Shown piece after piece: positions 35,281-49,350 of a DNA stretch of 64,000 nt. The DNA is from Felis catus (taxonomy: Eukaryota), in NCBI RefSeq assembly GCF_018350175.1, contig NC_058384.1, positions 30,380,001-30,444,000 on the forward strand, written 5' to 3'. Every line of letters starts with the position of its first letter. Positions within the stretch are counted from its first letter, which is position 1. A program made the translations under genes and the position numbers. The notes under the pieces are model-generated. The model searched no databases, was not told the DNA's origin, and was given only the letters and a program-made list of their open reading frames with translations.

Positions 35281-38200
35281 GTCCCATGCTGTGTATAAAC
35301 ATACAAGTGATGAGAAAAACGTTAACTTGAAACATGCACTTATCTGGCATTCTCTAAAATACCATTATACAAGTTTTCCTTTACTTAGAAAAATACCCAC
35401 TAAAACAATCACAGTTTTCCTTAAAGATTTAAAAAAAATGTATTGTCCAGAACAAAGTCCAGGAGAATAAACAAGATTCTGAATTGTGTGTCAAAAAAAC
35501 TGTACAAGGTTGTACATAAAACTATAGCTTACAAAAGCCTCGGGTATAGTAAGAATACAGAATNNNNNNNNNNNNNNNNNNNNNNNNNNNNNNNNNNNNN
35601 NNNNNNNNNNNNNNNNNNNNNNNNNNNNNNNNNNNNNNNNNNNNNNNNNNNNNNNNNNNNNNNNNNNNNNNNNNNNNNNNNNNNNNNNNNNNNNNGTACT
35701 CAAAACAGCACAACATGTAGTCTAAAATCAAGATTTCTGTCATCCATTTAAACTTTGCCATGTATCCCCATAATGGCTTGAGCACAAAACTTCTCTTGCA
35801 TGAATAACTTTAAATACTAGATTCAAATCATCTCATAGATTTCCTTTTTTTGAATTATAGCCAGTCTTAAAATCCATTTTGGAGGGTAAATCATGTCATG
35901 GTTTTTTTGGTTTTTTGTTTTGTTTTGTTTTCAACCTTAGTATCATTTTAATTAAATTATTGCACTAGAATTTAGGAGTTTGGTGCCTGTCTCAAATCTT
36001 TTAGAAATTAACATAATTCCATAGGCAATGAAAATAGAATGAAAACTAAGAGCATTTTAAATTAATTTTCCTGTTTCTGCCACGAACACTTGCTTTGGGG
36101 AAATGAATCTTAAAATCAAGGAGTGGAAAAAAATCAGGTTACTAATTGAATCATCAAGACAGTTGGCAGTTTTAAGGCTTATACATCAGAATATTAGAAA
36201 TGGTCTGTGTTCCTGTTCTTTTACCCATTTTTGTGGGAAACAAGGCTCTGCATCTACTGACCTTTTCTATTTTGGATGGGACAGTACTTGAGCAACACTT
36301 GGAAAATCCTGTTCCAGGCTCTTAGAAAATCCTTATTCTAAGCTACTTATACTGCAGTGGTATAAATACTTATTGGAGATAACAAGATTTCACATTGATA
36401 AACATAAGATATGTAAATCTTGTTTTTCATACATAAAAGGAGCTAAGTCGGGATTGTTTTAGAAGAACGAATTGACTAATTCAAATGAGTTTGCCTTATG
36501 AAGACGTATAAAGAAACCTCATTTTAAACTCTGATAACAGTATTCTTAAAGTGATCAAGTTCAGAATTTTTAACTTCTGTATTTTCACCTAATTGAGATG
36601 TATGCTTACTCGGTACTTTTCATGTAAAGGACATTAAATGTCCTTTTTCAAGAAAATACTTTCCGTTGATGCCATCGAGTTTTAGCATAAAGCGAGCTCG
36701 TGCATACGTGGCCAAAGGACAAAGTCACCTTCGGTGGTTTTATTGGTCAAGAATCAAGCAGATTCTTACTTTTTTTACTCCCTTTCTGAAATCACCTTCA
36801 GTGAAAGAAAGCCAGAGAAGAAGCACTGAGACTAAAATAACACTTTCGTTGACTAGTAGACTTCACTTAAATACGCCTGTGGGCCTCACGAGTTGGCACG
36901 GCGGCTGAGAAAACACAGATGCAACAGAAGCATACTCCTGATATTGCTAACACAGATTTGGCTGTTAGAGTTCTTCTGTGTGGCCCGCAGCCGGAAGTTC
37001 CACTGTGACCACCATATGCAGGCCACATGCTCCTACTGCCCTTGATGGACTACATCAGGCTATGAGGTGTAACCCTGCACCTGAGAGACTTTTCCATTTT
37101 AAAAAAGGCTCTGCTTCTCCCATTCACTGCATTTTCCAATTGCTAGTTCCTAAATGTCACGAAGTGGTACTTTAAAAAGCAAGGTACTGGAAAATGATCA
37201 CATCGTGCCACGCTTGGTCTTAATATAAGACATCGGGGACACGTCTCTAACAGCCGTGAGTCCTTCAGAATCAAGGTCTGACTCAGAGTTCAAAAATCAG
37301 ATGGAACGTTGAAGAGAAAGGTTATCTGCCTCTCCAGGCTCTCTACCGATCCACTGCGGGCCTCTGCCTTTCTGAGTGTGTGGCTGTCAGAGGTCGCTGC
37401 GATATCGCTCACTTTGTGTCACGGCGCTATGACCTCTTGTGCTTTTTTTTTTTTTTTTTTTCTTTTTTGCTGGAGTTTGCAAAGTTTAAATGTCAGTGAC
37501 AGAACATAGACTACCTCCTGCACGTGCTTTTTGTTTTGAAAGAACAGAAACTGCTGTCCATGAATGCTTTTAAGAAAGATTAAGAAGTAGTTCCAACATC
37601 CTGAAAATAGTTTCCCGTACTGCCAGAAGAATTTCAGTGCTTTTTTTTTTTTAGTAAAACACTTGATATAATACCTTAAATCTCATTGTGTGCACCAGGA
37701 AAAAATTCCAAACTTTGTGGAGATCCCCATTGGAAATATCGGGGAAGCAATACAAATAGAATATAAAAAAAATGAAAACACCATTAAGTTTGCATATCTG
37801 ATGTCAAGATGCTGAGGTAATATTGACTGCTTAAAAAAAAAATCCCACCAATCTTTGCCTCTGTTATTGCTGAAAAAGACATTAATACTGACTGAGTTAC
37901 CTTACTATATCAAAAGTAGGAGGGAGGGTTTCATTAACATTTCCTACCGGTGAGGCATAATGTTCAAAAGCAAGTCAACAAAAACAGGTGAGTGGGAAAA
38001 CATAAAACTACAGTTTATGCTATTACCCTTTCTATCTGTAGTGAGGGAGTCAGTCCAACCGCAGTGGGCTTTCTTACTTCAGCCTTTCCATGGTTGCCCC
38101 TTCATGAATTTTCTTTCAAAGTTAACTAACTGTTGCCACCCACTCCACTTCCACGTCCAAGTGAATCCGTAAAAATAAAATCCACAGGTTCTCCATAAAT

Positions 38201-38283
38201 AGTTGCAGTTCCTCCTGAAGATGCTGGGGTAAAGTGCAGAGAGAAGCACCAGAGAAGCCCCCTTGTTGGCTGATATGGCTTGC
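35250..38283 (-). other. VASH2: VASH2 3'UTR (~3 kb, repeat-free)
   Basis: Lies between the stop codon and the candidate poly(A) signal; no recognisable interspersed repeats. Confidence 0.7.
35272..35277 (-). terminator. VASH2: Likely VASH2 poly(A) signal (AATAAA on the - strand)
   Basis: TTTATT on +, ~3 kb past the VASH2 stop; followed on the - strand by GU/U-rich 'gatggtgtgatttatttttttcttgtcc'. Confidence 0.65.
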
Positions 38284-38356
38284 CTAAATTCGGATTTGGT
38301 AGCCCACTTCATTCAGCGTGCTGAGGTCAGCCACCTTCTTCTCAGGCAGTGCAGGC
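38284..38356 (-). CDS. VASH2: VASH2 last coding exon (PALPEKKVADLSTLNEVGYQIRI*)
   Basis: Vasohibin C-terminal GYQIRI; acceptor cccttag; TAG at 38286-38284; absent from the ORF track. Confidence 0.96.
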
Positions 38357-39187
38357 CTAAGGGACCAAGAAAGGTGGTAGAGTGAGGGCATGGGAGAGAG
38401 AAAGGTCACTTAGACTCTGGGAACTCTGTTTCTTTCTCCTAACCCTTCTGGTGCTTGTCCCCTCCACCCCCACCCCCCCACCAGCCTGAGTTCCCGGCTC
38501 AACCTCGTGTTCTCAGGTCCACTTCTATGGGATCTAGGGAACATTTTCACAGGCTTTTGATGTACAGTTCAAAAGCATTTTGGGGTTGCCAAATGAGTTT
38601 GTCCAACCTGAAGCCTGAATTCGGTGACACTCTTAACTTCTGAAACCCAGTTACCCGTAAACCTTGCAAGGGTCTAAAAAGTTACATCTAATACGGTAGA
38701 ACTAAAAACCTGAGCCAGATTCTCCTTGAATTCTTAGCTTCCTGGTGTTTGTGCCCCGGGGGAAGCCCAGCCAACTAACTTCAAGACCGCTCAGGTGACA
38801 GATTCGCAGGGAGAGATTCTCTACTATCTTTGATAGAGGGTTACTGTTCAGGCCTGAATGCATCAAGTCGGGGCAAATCCTTTACAATTCATCTGAAAAA
38901 GCATGTCAGGTGTGGAAACTCAGTGGCAAATCATCTCCTCTCTAAATACATTTTCTGAAGTACTAAGCATTTATGTGACGTCATGTAAGAAAGTACTTCA
39001 AGCTGGTAAAGGAAAATCAGAAGGCGCATCATCTGTCTTCATTAAAGACATTTCCTCGATGATTTCCCAATATAAAACTATGCCTAAGCATTCGACGACT
39101 TAGCTCACAGTTTCCCCATTTCTCAGTGAGCCTCCTACCCTCTTGGATAAGAGAGAACTGAGATTAAAAACCAAGTTTAGCAAAACA

Positions 39188-39219
<32 letters not shown>

Positions 39220-40619
39220 ACAACCAACTTTAGCATATTCAGTGTGGCTAGTGAGTCCTAATTCAAAAGTTTATAAGAAGACTGAAGACATTTTTACACT
39301 ACACGTGAACCTTGTTTTAAGTGTTTGAAGAAAAGAGACCAAAATGAAAATATAATTGTTTAAAAGTTTCTTGCTTTATCCTTTGAAAGGCTTCCTAACA
39401 GCAAACGGTTTTCCCCTGGCATGAACGTGGTCCAACTCATTCAACGTTATCAGAGCCAGAAACGAACAGCTAGCTTCCATCTAGGGTGCTGCTTAAGGAT
39501 AGGCTTCAAATTTTGGCAACAAGTTCTACCCCCTACATATTCTTATTCTCTCTGTCTCTCCCTCTACCTCCATCTCCTCTCACTCTCTTCCTCTTCACCT
39601 CCCTCCCTTTCTGTCTTTTTTTCAGACATATCCCATGTCAACAGTCTACGAACATCCCTTCTGAAACCTGATTATTCAAAGTGGTCAAGAAACCTTCCCT
39701 GACTATGTGCCATTACTAAAGAACTTGTCAACTTGTCTCTGTGTTGCATGGGGCTGATTTCTCAGCATGATCATGTGTCCTGCTTTATGGATCAGGAATC
39801 ATGCCTTTTGTTTCTTTGTGTCTCTGCTCATGGTGCCCAACGTACACAGATGATGCTGATAAATATGGCTGCCAGTGGACAGAAGTCTCAATGCTTCCTT
39901 ACGTGTAGACCCCTGCTCACCGCATCAAGGAGCTCAAGGCTTCTGAGCTGCAGGGTGATGGTGTCCTCCAGCCATACGTGCCCTAGACATCAGCCATTCC
40001 CTATAAACAGAGCCACGGGCAGAGTAGCCCCCAGGGGCCACTGTCAGGACCATTCTTGAGTTGACACTTTTGCCTGAGGAAAAACTGACAAACTGACATT
40101 TATGTCTCTGCCCTAGCCCTCAGCCCGCTGACGTGGAGAGAACCAGGGCTCTTGCAGACAAGTCTGGCTCAGAGTCCATTTGTATCTCATTCATTTTTTC
40201 ACACAGCCTGAAATAAAGTCTCTGTTTGGTTTCCTTGCCTGAGGTATGTCATCTTTTCAAACAGCGAATATGGGACTTTCTCCTTCAGAGAGACTCCCCA
40301 TAAGTTGCATCCTCGTGAGGCAAAGGTGCCTAGAAAGGCAAATCTACTTCTCCCCTCCTCAATGGTCTCCACTTTTAGGAAGTTGAGCAATCAAAAATTC
40401 ACTTGCCAATGGAGAAGCCTGAAGTACCCCTATGCATTCCTTGCTTTACAAAAGCATTAAATGGAGGTCATTTCCTAGAGCAATCAAAATACAATTTCCA
40501 CATTGTCTTTCCTGGTAGTAGAACTACGTAAGCATATATTCCTTATCCAAATAAAAATTACATTTGTATTGAATGGGTTTGTTGTTTTTTTTTTTAAACC
40601 TCACGTTTTTAATCATCTC

Positions 40620-40930
40620 CGTGTGGCAGAGTCACATCCACTCACCCACATCCTCAACATCCACTCCACTCCTCCATTGTTCCTTGGCAGAACCCAGATT
40701 TTTCCCTGGGCACAGAGCCGCCTAGAATACAAACTACATTTCCCAGGCCCCCTGAGGCCGGGCAAGGCGTTGGACTACGTTGCAGCCAATGAGACTAAAG
40801 TGGAGGTTACCAGACGCCTGTTCAGAGAACAACTGGCATGTGCCCTTCATCATTTTTTCTTTCTTTCTTGTGGAAGCGATGGCTGGAGCTCGGCCCTCAC
40901 GGCAGCACAATAAAGAGGCAGAGCAGTAAG
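40620..40930. mobile_element. Old MaLR LTR fragment (MLT1 family)
   Basis: 'aaactacatttcccaggccccctgaggc...ggactacgttgcagccaatgagactaaagtggaggtt' resembles the MLT1 core. Confidence 0.6.
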
Positions 40931-41217
40931 ATGCCCCCACTACCTCCGCCGACCTTCTTTCACATCATGGCGAATCATGATTAAGTCACCCCAACCTCAC
41001 CTGCCGCCAAATCTGAGCCTGACCGGTATCATTTCTTTCCCTCCATTAACTCACTAATACAACACCAGTCCAGACACGATGCTAGTCGAGTTGGCCTGAA
41101 GAAGGTTCACATGTGGAGTCAGAACACATGCCTAGAAAGTTCTCAAGCATTCCACTCCGGAGATGTGGCCACACCCTGCATGAAGTCTGGAGACTCACTT
41201 GTAAGAGTCAGTCTTCT

Positions 41218-41441
41218 GGGGTGCCTGGGTGGCTCAGTCGGTTGAACACCCGACTCCAGCTCAGGTCATGATCTCACAGTCCGTGAGTTCGAGCCCCGTG
41301 TCGGGCTCTGTGCTGACAGCCTGGAGCCTGCTTCAGATTCTGTCTCCCTCTCTCTTTGCTCCTCCCCTGTTCATGTTCTCTCTTGTGCGCTCTCTCCCCC
41401 CCCAAATAATAAATAAACATTAAAAAATTAAAAAAAAAATT
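41218..41441 (+). mobile_element. SINEC
   Basis: Full body; TSD AGAGTCAGT(C/T)TT. Confidence 0.92.
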
Positions 41442-42073
41442 AGAGTCAGTTTTCTTCCCTGGAGCCCTGCACACTGTGTAGGACCTAAGCCATAGTGGCT
41501 CTTTAGACCTCCCCTTGTCTGTTCCTTGTGTTTACGAAGAGAATCCCCACTCCAGGGTCCTTGAGCACCTCCCAGTGGGTTCACGCCAGTGTCTGCACCT
41601 TTCCTGCCCAGGCTTTCTTCCCGACCTGGCCTCCTTCTCAACACCGAGTCACATCTCTCCTTCTTGAAACTCCAATAAATGTGCTGACCCTCATGTGTGA
41701 GAATAGCGCTAGCAAGACAGGAGCCTAACCTGGTTTCTCAGGTGTTGGAACAGATCTGCACTGACCTATGTCCTTTCCCTCAGTCCTGTGACCAACAGTG
41801 CCTGCAGGATTGGTCCACAGGGTCAAGGAGGTCTAGAAGACAACACACCCTAGCCGCTCCGCCCTGGAATGTGGGCTCGCCGGGGACCACGGCTCCAGGT
41901 AGCCACCGCTACGCCACCGCCTGGAAGCCATTTTTTGCCCACTCACCTGACTTCCTCACCTTGGAGCCCATCAGCTCTGAGGAAACAATTTTCACCACAT
42001 TTTTCAAAGCCTGTGTTCCTAAAACTTTACCCTTACCCTTGGTCCACTCCTGGCTCCCTTGAAACCAGATGTA

Positions 42074-42195
42074 CTTTTTTTTTTTTTTTTAAGATTTTAT
42101 TTTTAAGCAATCTCCACACCAACGTGGGGCTCCAACTCACAACCCCGAAACCAAGAGCCGCAGGTTCTACCAATGGAGCCAGCCAGGCACCCCCC
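42074..42195 (-). mobile_element. Short SINEC
   Basis: Poly-T tail; TSD CAGATGTACTTT. Confidence 0.88.
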
Positions 42196-42329
42196 AAAAA
42201 CAGATGTACTTTAATTTCGGGGGGGGGGGTCTTTAGCCTCCTTTTTCTAAACTTTTCCTTAGCACCTCCACCAGTTCCCCACCCCACCCCCACCCCCATC
42301 TTCCGGGTGCTGAGAAATCACCATTATAA

Positions 42330-42545
42330 ATAGCTTTCATTTAGTTGGCACTAACTAGGTGCCAGGCATTGCTCTGAGAGGTTTACAGGGATTAACTAAT
42401 TCTCACCATAACCCGATGGGGTTGATACAGGGGAAGAAAGCGAGGCACTGAAAGGTAGCAAACTTGCGGAAAGGAAAGTCACACGTTTAGCAAGTGGCGG
42501 AGCCAGAGCTCATCCCCAGAATCTAGAGCCCATGCCCTTAACCAC
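42330..42545. mobile_element. MIR
   Basis: 'atagctttcatttagttggcactaactaggtgccaggcattgctctgag...agcaagtggcggagccagag'. Confidence 0.7.
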
Positions 42546-43980
42546 AAAGAAAACCGATCCATCCTCCTGCTGGCCACCCAAAGCATCCTCCCAAGCACCT
42601 AAGGATATAAACCACAACCACCCCCGTCTCTGCACCTTCCCCATGCCTTCTTGTCATACCTTCGAGGTCCAGCCCAAATGCCACTTCTCCCCTAAGCATC
42701 TTCTCACTTTCCTTCCCTCACGATGCATTACTCCTTGCCCCTATATGCTAGGGTATGTCCTCCGGTACCTCTGCGAAAGAATCCTGCAGGTTCATAATCG
42801 TTATCCGTGCCTCGGAGACTGAACAAATCGACAGCAGGGATCAAGTAAATTCACCTAGGAATCCCCACTGTTGAATACCCTGTAGTTCTCAATAGACTCG
42901 GGTCAAGTTCTCACTAACGTGTAAATGGCTGATAGGGCTTCATTTATGTTACCTTTATGATGGGATGTTTTAAACACAGTCCTAAGCCAGAAATTCAAGT
43001 CACCATAACAACATTCTTAGAATTAACATGTAGGAAGAATTTTTTTTTTTTTTCCTGTGCAGGAAGAGCTTTACCTTACCTCTAAAAGCCGCCTGGGGAA
43101 CCTGCCTGCTTGGAAAGCAGAATGTGGTTCTGCAATGACAGAGAGCTTGAGGGCTTCCAAAAGAAAGGGACTAGATTGTTTCCGTCCTCCGTATCCCACT
43201 TCCCGACCATGTCCCCCTAGGCATCCAGAACCCAGGGGAGAACAAAAGGCTAATACTGGCAGAAAAGGAGTTCAACTGAGATCCCCAGTGAACTGCCTGA
43301 AAGAGGAAACCCTTTTCTTTCACAGTGATACTGGCTGCAATTTCCTGGCCTGGCGAAGGGCAGAAGGGCAGAAGTGCCTGCGGGGCCCAGCCAGAAATAC
43401 AGTTCCCTCCTGGCCAGCTCGTCTCAGGGCCAGAGCTTGTGCGTGGAGAGACCTCTTCCGAGTGCTCCCCTGGCTATTCTTAGAATTCTGCAAAGGGGTA
43501 TATTTTTAAGAAACACAAGCACCAGGATGATGATTCAGCCGGATCTGCACTTGCCCAGAACCTCTCATCAGATCCACGGCTATTATTTTAGACTGAACAA
43601 CGTATTTCTCCAAACCCCTCCCCAGTCCAGACAAGGAAAAGATCTCAAAGACCTTTCCTTTTGAAGGGCTCTCAGCCCGCCTCCTGTTTTAGGGAAAATG
43701 GGGTAGAGGACTTCTCGTTTCCAGTACTACACGTTGTGCAAGGAAGAAGGGGGCACTTCGCTCAGCACACAAATGGATGGTCCCAGCCTCATCTGTTGTC
43801 ATGGAAACGTACCCAGGGTGACTTAGGGTGACTGCTCGATGGCCTGGTCCCACGTGTGAACAGTAGAGGCCGTTCAGAAGGTAGGTAGGCTCTCTATGCT
43901 GGTTCCATAGAGAAGGTATTCCGTAGCACAGAAACCCTAGTCTGGCACACGGTGGAAATTCACATTCTGGTTTTCTGTCG

Positions 43981-44072
43981 TAAGTAAGCGCCACGCCTAA
44001 CGCGGGGCTTGAACTGACAACCCTGAGGTCAAGAGTCGCATGCTGTACCAACTGAGCCAACCAGGTGCCCCC
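43981..44072 (-). mobile_element. Short SINEC
   Basis: 'gcggggcttgaactgacaaccctgaggtcaagagtcgcatgctgtaccaactgagccaaccaggtgcccc'. Confidence 0.85.
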
Positions 44073-44693
44073 ACGTTCTTCTGACGTGGCCCCACATTTT
44101 CAACGTGACCTCTCATCCCAGGTAGCTGGGCGTAGATATGGTACTTTGAGTTTTCCAGTTTGTCTCAATCTTATATGGCTTGTGATTCGCTCACTTAATC
44201 CAAATATATCTATAAAATGCTAGGAGTGTTCGCCACTGCTACCTAAACCTTGAGAGTCTGGGGAGAGTGAACCATCACGTCGAACCTCGAGTCTCTCACA
44301 CCCTGAGGCGGCCTCGGTGCCCAGGAAGAGCTTGGCTAGATTGGATGTTGGTGGCAGTGAAGCCACAAGGAGGCTCAGAACCAGAAAGTTCATGGCAGCA
44401 TGTCGGGGACTGAAGTGGGGACCTCACACCCCAGGGCCGTGTGTCTGTGTGAGACCGGGTTTAAGAGAAGAAGCAGGAAGTGGAAGGAAAGCCTATAGGA
44501 TCCGCCCTGAATCCCCAGTCCCCTTTCTGCAACTCTGTGTAAGGCCTGTGTCTGGGGCACCTCCTCTCCTCACTTTTCAACGCCCACCCCCTCTCTGCTT
44601 GGCAGTTGATGGGGGAGCAAAGGTCAGAGGGCCTGGGTGGCAGCCGGGAGAACAGGCTCCTGTAGCTGGCTTGCTACTTTCTCACCCACAGGA

Positions 44694-44835
44694 TTTTCTT
44701 TTCTTTTTTTTTTTTAAGTAGGCCTCAGGCCCAGCACGGAGCCCAACACAAGGCTTGAACTCATGACCCTGAGCTCAAGACCTGAGCTGAGATCAAGAGT
44801 CAGACACTTAACCGACTGAGCCACCCAGGCGCCCC
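44694..44835 (-). mobile_element. SINEC
   Basis: Poly-T tail, head 'gagccacccaggcgcccc', TSD-like CCCACA. Confidence 0.88.
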
Positions 44836-45963
44836 AGCCCACAAGAATTCATTTAGCAGCACTTTGTGCCAAGTGCCTCGTAGATCTTGGGTTACTAGGA
44901 CGAATAACTTTCCCTGGAGCCAAGGTCCATTCCCTTCCTTCTGAGGGACATCTGCCTCTTGCTTCTGTTGTATGAGGATACTTCAGGGACACTATCCTTC
45001 TATGTCCAGTTCAGAGCCGCCCGATTGGGACGCACAGGCCACCACTCTGTTCGTACTGCTTACTCCTGTCTCCCCAAGGTCAGAGCCCCTTAGTGGACTC
45101 TTAGTGGACATGCCACGTGTTCATCTACTCACCTTCCCACACAAACATGCCCATCAGGACCAGTTTAGCTGTATTCTCTGTGGACTCAGGATTCTAGAGA
45201 GGGTTCTACAGCAAGGGTGCAACTCTAACATTGACTTCTCGGACCTCAGCGTTAACGGTGAGGAACAGATTAAACCAGGGATGGTGCTGGCCCAGCGTTT
45301 ACTAGTTCAAGCAGAGACCCCAGACCCTCCTCTCGTGTCGACTCTGGCAGGAATCAGGTCAGGCCAGGCACCAGATTTAGGACTTGTGACCTATCTGGGT
45401 AGGCCTCAGCTGGAGGGGCACTGGGAGCGGGGGACTGGTTCTTCCCCACCTGTCACCCTCGTTCAAAGCCAGTCCCGCTCTTCATTCACACGCCCTACTT
45501 CCCAGGATGGCAGGCACCCTTTGGCAGCTGCAGGGCAGACAGCTGAAGTTGCTACGTAAGCAAACAGGCCTCAGCCTGAGAGACTGGGCCCAGAAGAGAC
45601 CCTCCAGGATCCGCCCTTTCTTCCAAGTCCTCTTGAGGCAGGAGGCTCTGGCCAGAGACCAAGCGCCACAAGCCACTGTTTGCGATTCCCCTCCTTGCTG
45701 CTCCGGAGAACCCGGCCAGGACCCCCGGTGCTATCTGACCTGCAGGAGGCTCCCTGCTCACTCGGCCTCAGGAGGTCTCTCCTGTCAAGACTCCCCATCC
45801 ATCCCGGTTTCTCCAAGCATCCCCAGGGACCTTGGCCCCTATGAAATCCCAGGGGAGCTAAGCTGGGCAGTCCTCTGCGTTGAAACTACCTTGTCTGGGC
45901 TTCGAGAAGGAAACCCCACATCATCCAGAAGATCCTACTTCTCCTTCCACAGCCTTTCTACTC

Positions 45964-45965
<2 letters not shown>

Positions 45966-46017
<52 letters not shown>

Positions 46018-46018
46018 T
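45966..46018. repeat. (TG)n microsatellite
   Basis: Directly visible. Confidence 0.97.
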
Positions 46019-48927
46019 TGGTGGGGGAGGGGGGGTCCCCTCTAATTTCCATGCTAAGAAAATTTTCTCCTTTCCACCTTTTGGGACATTTTCTCATTTG
46101 GAATCCAAAGAGAATGACTTCGTAGGCCTCATTCAGAGTATCCTCAATGCAATTAGAATCAGGGTGATTCTCTATGACTTCGTTATGACATCATGGCCTC
46201 ACTTGAGCAACTGCCTGGAGGAACTGTTGTGATCCTTCAAGATAGAATGGGGCAGGAACTCCGTTGTGGAGTTTGGGGCCAGCAGTGAAAGGAGGGAGAT
46301 CTTAAGATGGAGCTTAGTAACCTCTGTGAGCCTGAGGGTCTCCAGCAGGGGGAGCAAAGCCCGGGAGAGCCACAGACCGCCACAGAGACAGAGGACCAAG
46401 AAGGGAAACCAAAGGGGAAGACAAAGGGAGGAAAAGGACCATAAACAGCAAAAAAGAGCAGAGGAGGGATGGAGGAGGAAGAGGAGCCAGACAGCAGAGA
46501 CAGAACAGAGATGTTCTCACAGGTCCTCAGGGACTCTTGCCCCACTTGAGAAGAATGTTCCACGCGGTTGCTCCAACTGGAATGAGCTGCTTTCATGCTG
46601 ACACAGGCAGCCCAGGCAGAAAACCACTGTCCACTCACCCCCTAAGCTTCCAGGTTCAGCCCATCGGCAGCAAGCCAAGAGCTGCGGACCTGCGGACCGT
46701 CAGAGACAGAAGGGCCCCCCCGGGCGTTCGTGGTTCTCAGGAGGGCAACCGTTGGCATTTTAGGTGGAAAGCTTCTTAATGGAGGAGGATGAGCTTTGCA
46801 GGAAGTTTACCATCCCTGACCCCTGAGAATAATCACTGTGACAAGCAAAAACTTCCCTTCCCACCGCAGGTCTAACCCTTGTGCCCAACACGCCCCCCAT
46901 CCCGAGGGTGTCTGGCTGCTGCTGAGAAGCACCATGGCGGCCATGGAGCTGAAAGGGGAGGGAGGCCCAGCATGGGGAAGGAGTTTGTGGAAGTGCACAG
47001 CAGGCCTTTCAAACGTGGATCTCAACCTCAATCTCCCTGTCTCTTTTAGAACCAGAGGAGCCAACTTGATGGTTCTGTGCGGAAGGTTTGCTTTAAAAGC
47101 TCCTAGGGGAGCCGAGTGCGACAAAGGACTTGTGGGTGGAGGGGGGAGGGTCCCTGTCTCCCTCTCAAAACCTTGCCTGATCTGACACTAATGCAGTCTT
47201 CACCACTCGCCCTCCAACCCAGCTGACTCTTCTGTCAACCCCGGGGACACTGAACCTCCTTTCCAGAATGATTATTCAGACAACTGCAAAAATGGAGAGG
47301 AATGCAGGGCTGGAAGTAGCTCCAGCTGTAGGGATGAGGTCGTCAGGGATATAAAGCCACTAAAATTATCCCAGCACAGAAAGGGGCTGGGACCCCACAG
47401 CTGATGGGCCTCTTGCCTGTTATGGTAATATTCCACCATTTGGGCCACTCCCAAGCTTCATATGGCACCCAACACATTTAGAAATGATTTGATGGCCTTA
47501 CGTAATGCTAAAAAAATAACACAGTGACAGAGTCACAAACCCTTCCTAGTCCCGGCCATTCGACGGTAGGACGGCCAGAATTTGGCGGAGTCATTGGGTC
47601 ACAACCAAATGCATCCCTTTTTCGTTTCCTCACCAAATCAAGATTACCTGGAGAAAAGCCTGCTTGGTGAAGGCCATGGGTAGAAGCTGAGAAGCTGCTC
47701 CTCTCCAGACACACCTCTAGGAACCAGGGTGCCCTGGGTTCTAGTCTGCAGCAATGGCGGAAGCTGGGATCTGGAGGGGGAGGGAGGGGCTGCCATCCCT
47801 CTTGTGCTCCCTGCCTCACGCAGCCCTTCGTTTTACTTTCAACTCTTGCCTCTCTGTCCCCTCTCTTCCTACTTGGTAGCCCCTACCCGGCCCTGCAACT
47901 CAGAAAGCAGGGTTGAGGAGGAATTAGGGAAAGAATCTTCTCTCCTTGTGACACCTCAATCCACTTGAAACTTCAGCCAAGATGTCTGCCCTCTAGATTC
48001 CCCTCCTGACCTCCAAACTGGAACAAGAAGTGGCAAGGGCTTCCACTCCCAAGGATGGCCACGGTCTTCCTAGATCAGCTCATATAAAATGGTCCACAGG
48101 AACCCACAAGCCACCTGGCCTCTCTTGATGGTCAAACTCTTCCAAACCCCCCCCCTCCCGCTGCGCCGGCTCTGGCTGTGAAAAAGAAAATGCCTGAAGC
48201 CTCACCCGCTGGGGAAAGTTGATGAAGGAAGACTCCTGGGAACCAGTGTTGTGCCCAGGAGAAAGGGCTGTGGGGGCAGGGTAAGGGTCTGGGGGTTCAG
48301 GGGCTGGTTGCAGCTACCCTCCACCATTTTGGAAAAGTTTATGCTTTCACTGAACCATGAGCCGTCCCCTCTGTGCTCCTGGGGCCTGTCTTGCTGAGGC
48401 TGGGGTCAGTTTCGGGACATAGAGGGAAGAGAGAGGAACTGAATCCCCATCTTCCTGCAGGTCTTCCTTCCTGATCCCTCCAATGACTACCCCCCTCTCC
48501 CTAGTGACTTTCTCCCCCTCCCCAGGCCCGCTCCGTGCTTCCGGTGGACAGGAGGGGAGAGGACGAGTGGGGCCCCAACACTACAAGGTGGCTTTACACT
48601 CTGCGGCAGTCTGAGCGCCGTCCTCTGCAGGTACTTGCCTCGGCTGCGTGACAGAGTAGCCAGAGATTAGGTTACGGGCATGGCCTGGGGGTGACTGGAA
48701 ACCAGTTTCTCTATCTGGCCCCTAGGAGGATGAATAGTCGGGCTCCTCCCAGAGTGTCTTCAGTGGAGCCCCACGCTGGACGGTCAGGCTGGGGACACAC
48801 CCCCTAGTTTCACCTCAGCACCTCAATCTCTAGAGGCCCAGGCCGGTCTGGAGTCACGCTCGGGCCTCAGCAGACCCAGTACCTTCATCTTGACATTCTG
48901 TTGTGTTTTAAAGTCAACCGGCCTCCC

Positions 48928-49180
48928 TGGGGCGCCTGGGTGGCTCAGTTGGTTAAGCGTCTGACTCTTGATTTCGGCTCAGGTCTTGATCTCGTGGTCG
49001 TGAGATGGAACCCTGCATCGGGCTCCACCTTGGNNNNNNNNNNNNNNNNNNNNNNNNNNNNNNNNNNNNNNNNNNNNNNNNNNNNNNNNNNNNNNNNNNN
49101 NNNNNNNNNNNNNNNNNNNNNNNNNNNNNNNNNNNNNNNNNNNNNNNNNNNNNNNNNNNNNNNNNNNNNNNNNTCTCTCA
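48928..49180 (+). mobile_element. SINEC, 3' part masked by N-run 49034-49173
   Basis: 'ggggcgcctgggtggctcagttggttaagcgtctgactcttg'. Confidence 0.85.
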
Positions 49181-49195
49181 TTCTGATTGATCGAA

Positions 49196-49350
49196 CCACG
49201 GATCTCCAAGAGTGGTCCTGGACCCGCGGCATCAGCCTCACCTGGGAACCTGCTAGAACAACAGCTAAATCACAAGCACCGGGGAAGGGGCCTGGCAACG
49301 TGTTTTAACAAGCCCTCTGAGGACCCTGTGCTTGCTCAGGTTTGAGAACA
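49196..49350. mobile_element. MER5A-like hAT-Charlie fragment
   Basis: 'gcggcatcagcctcacctgggaacctgctagaa...tgtgttttaacaagccctctgaggaccctgtgcttgctcaggtttgagaac'. Confidence 0.7.

Noticed and set aside
44972-46232. Adjacent 195-aa and 241-aa ORFs antisense to the VASH2 last intron
   Set aside because: No recognisable homology, one runs through a (TG)n repeat, and no supporting splice or promoter structure; GC-rich background explains the length
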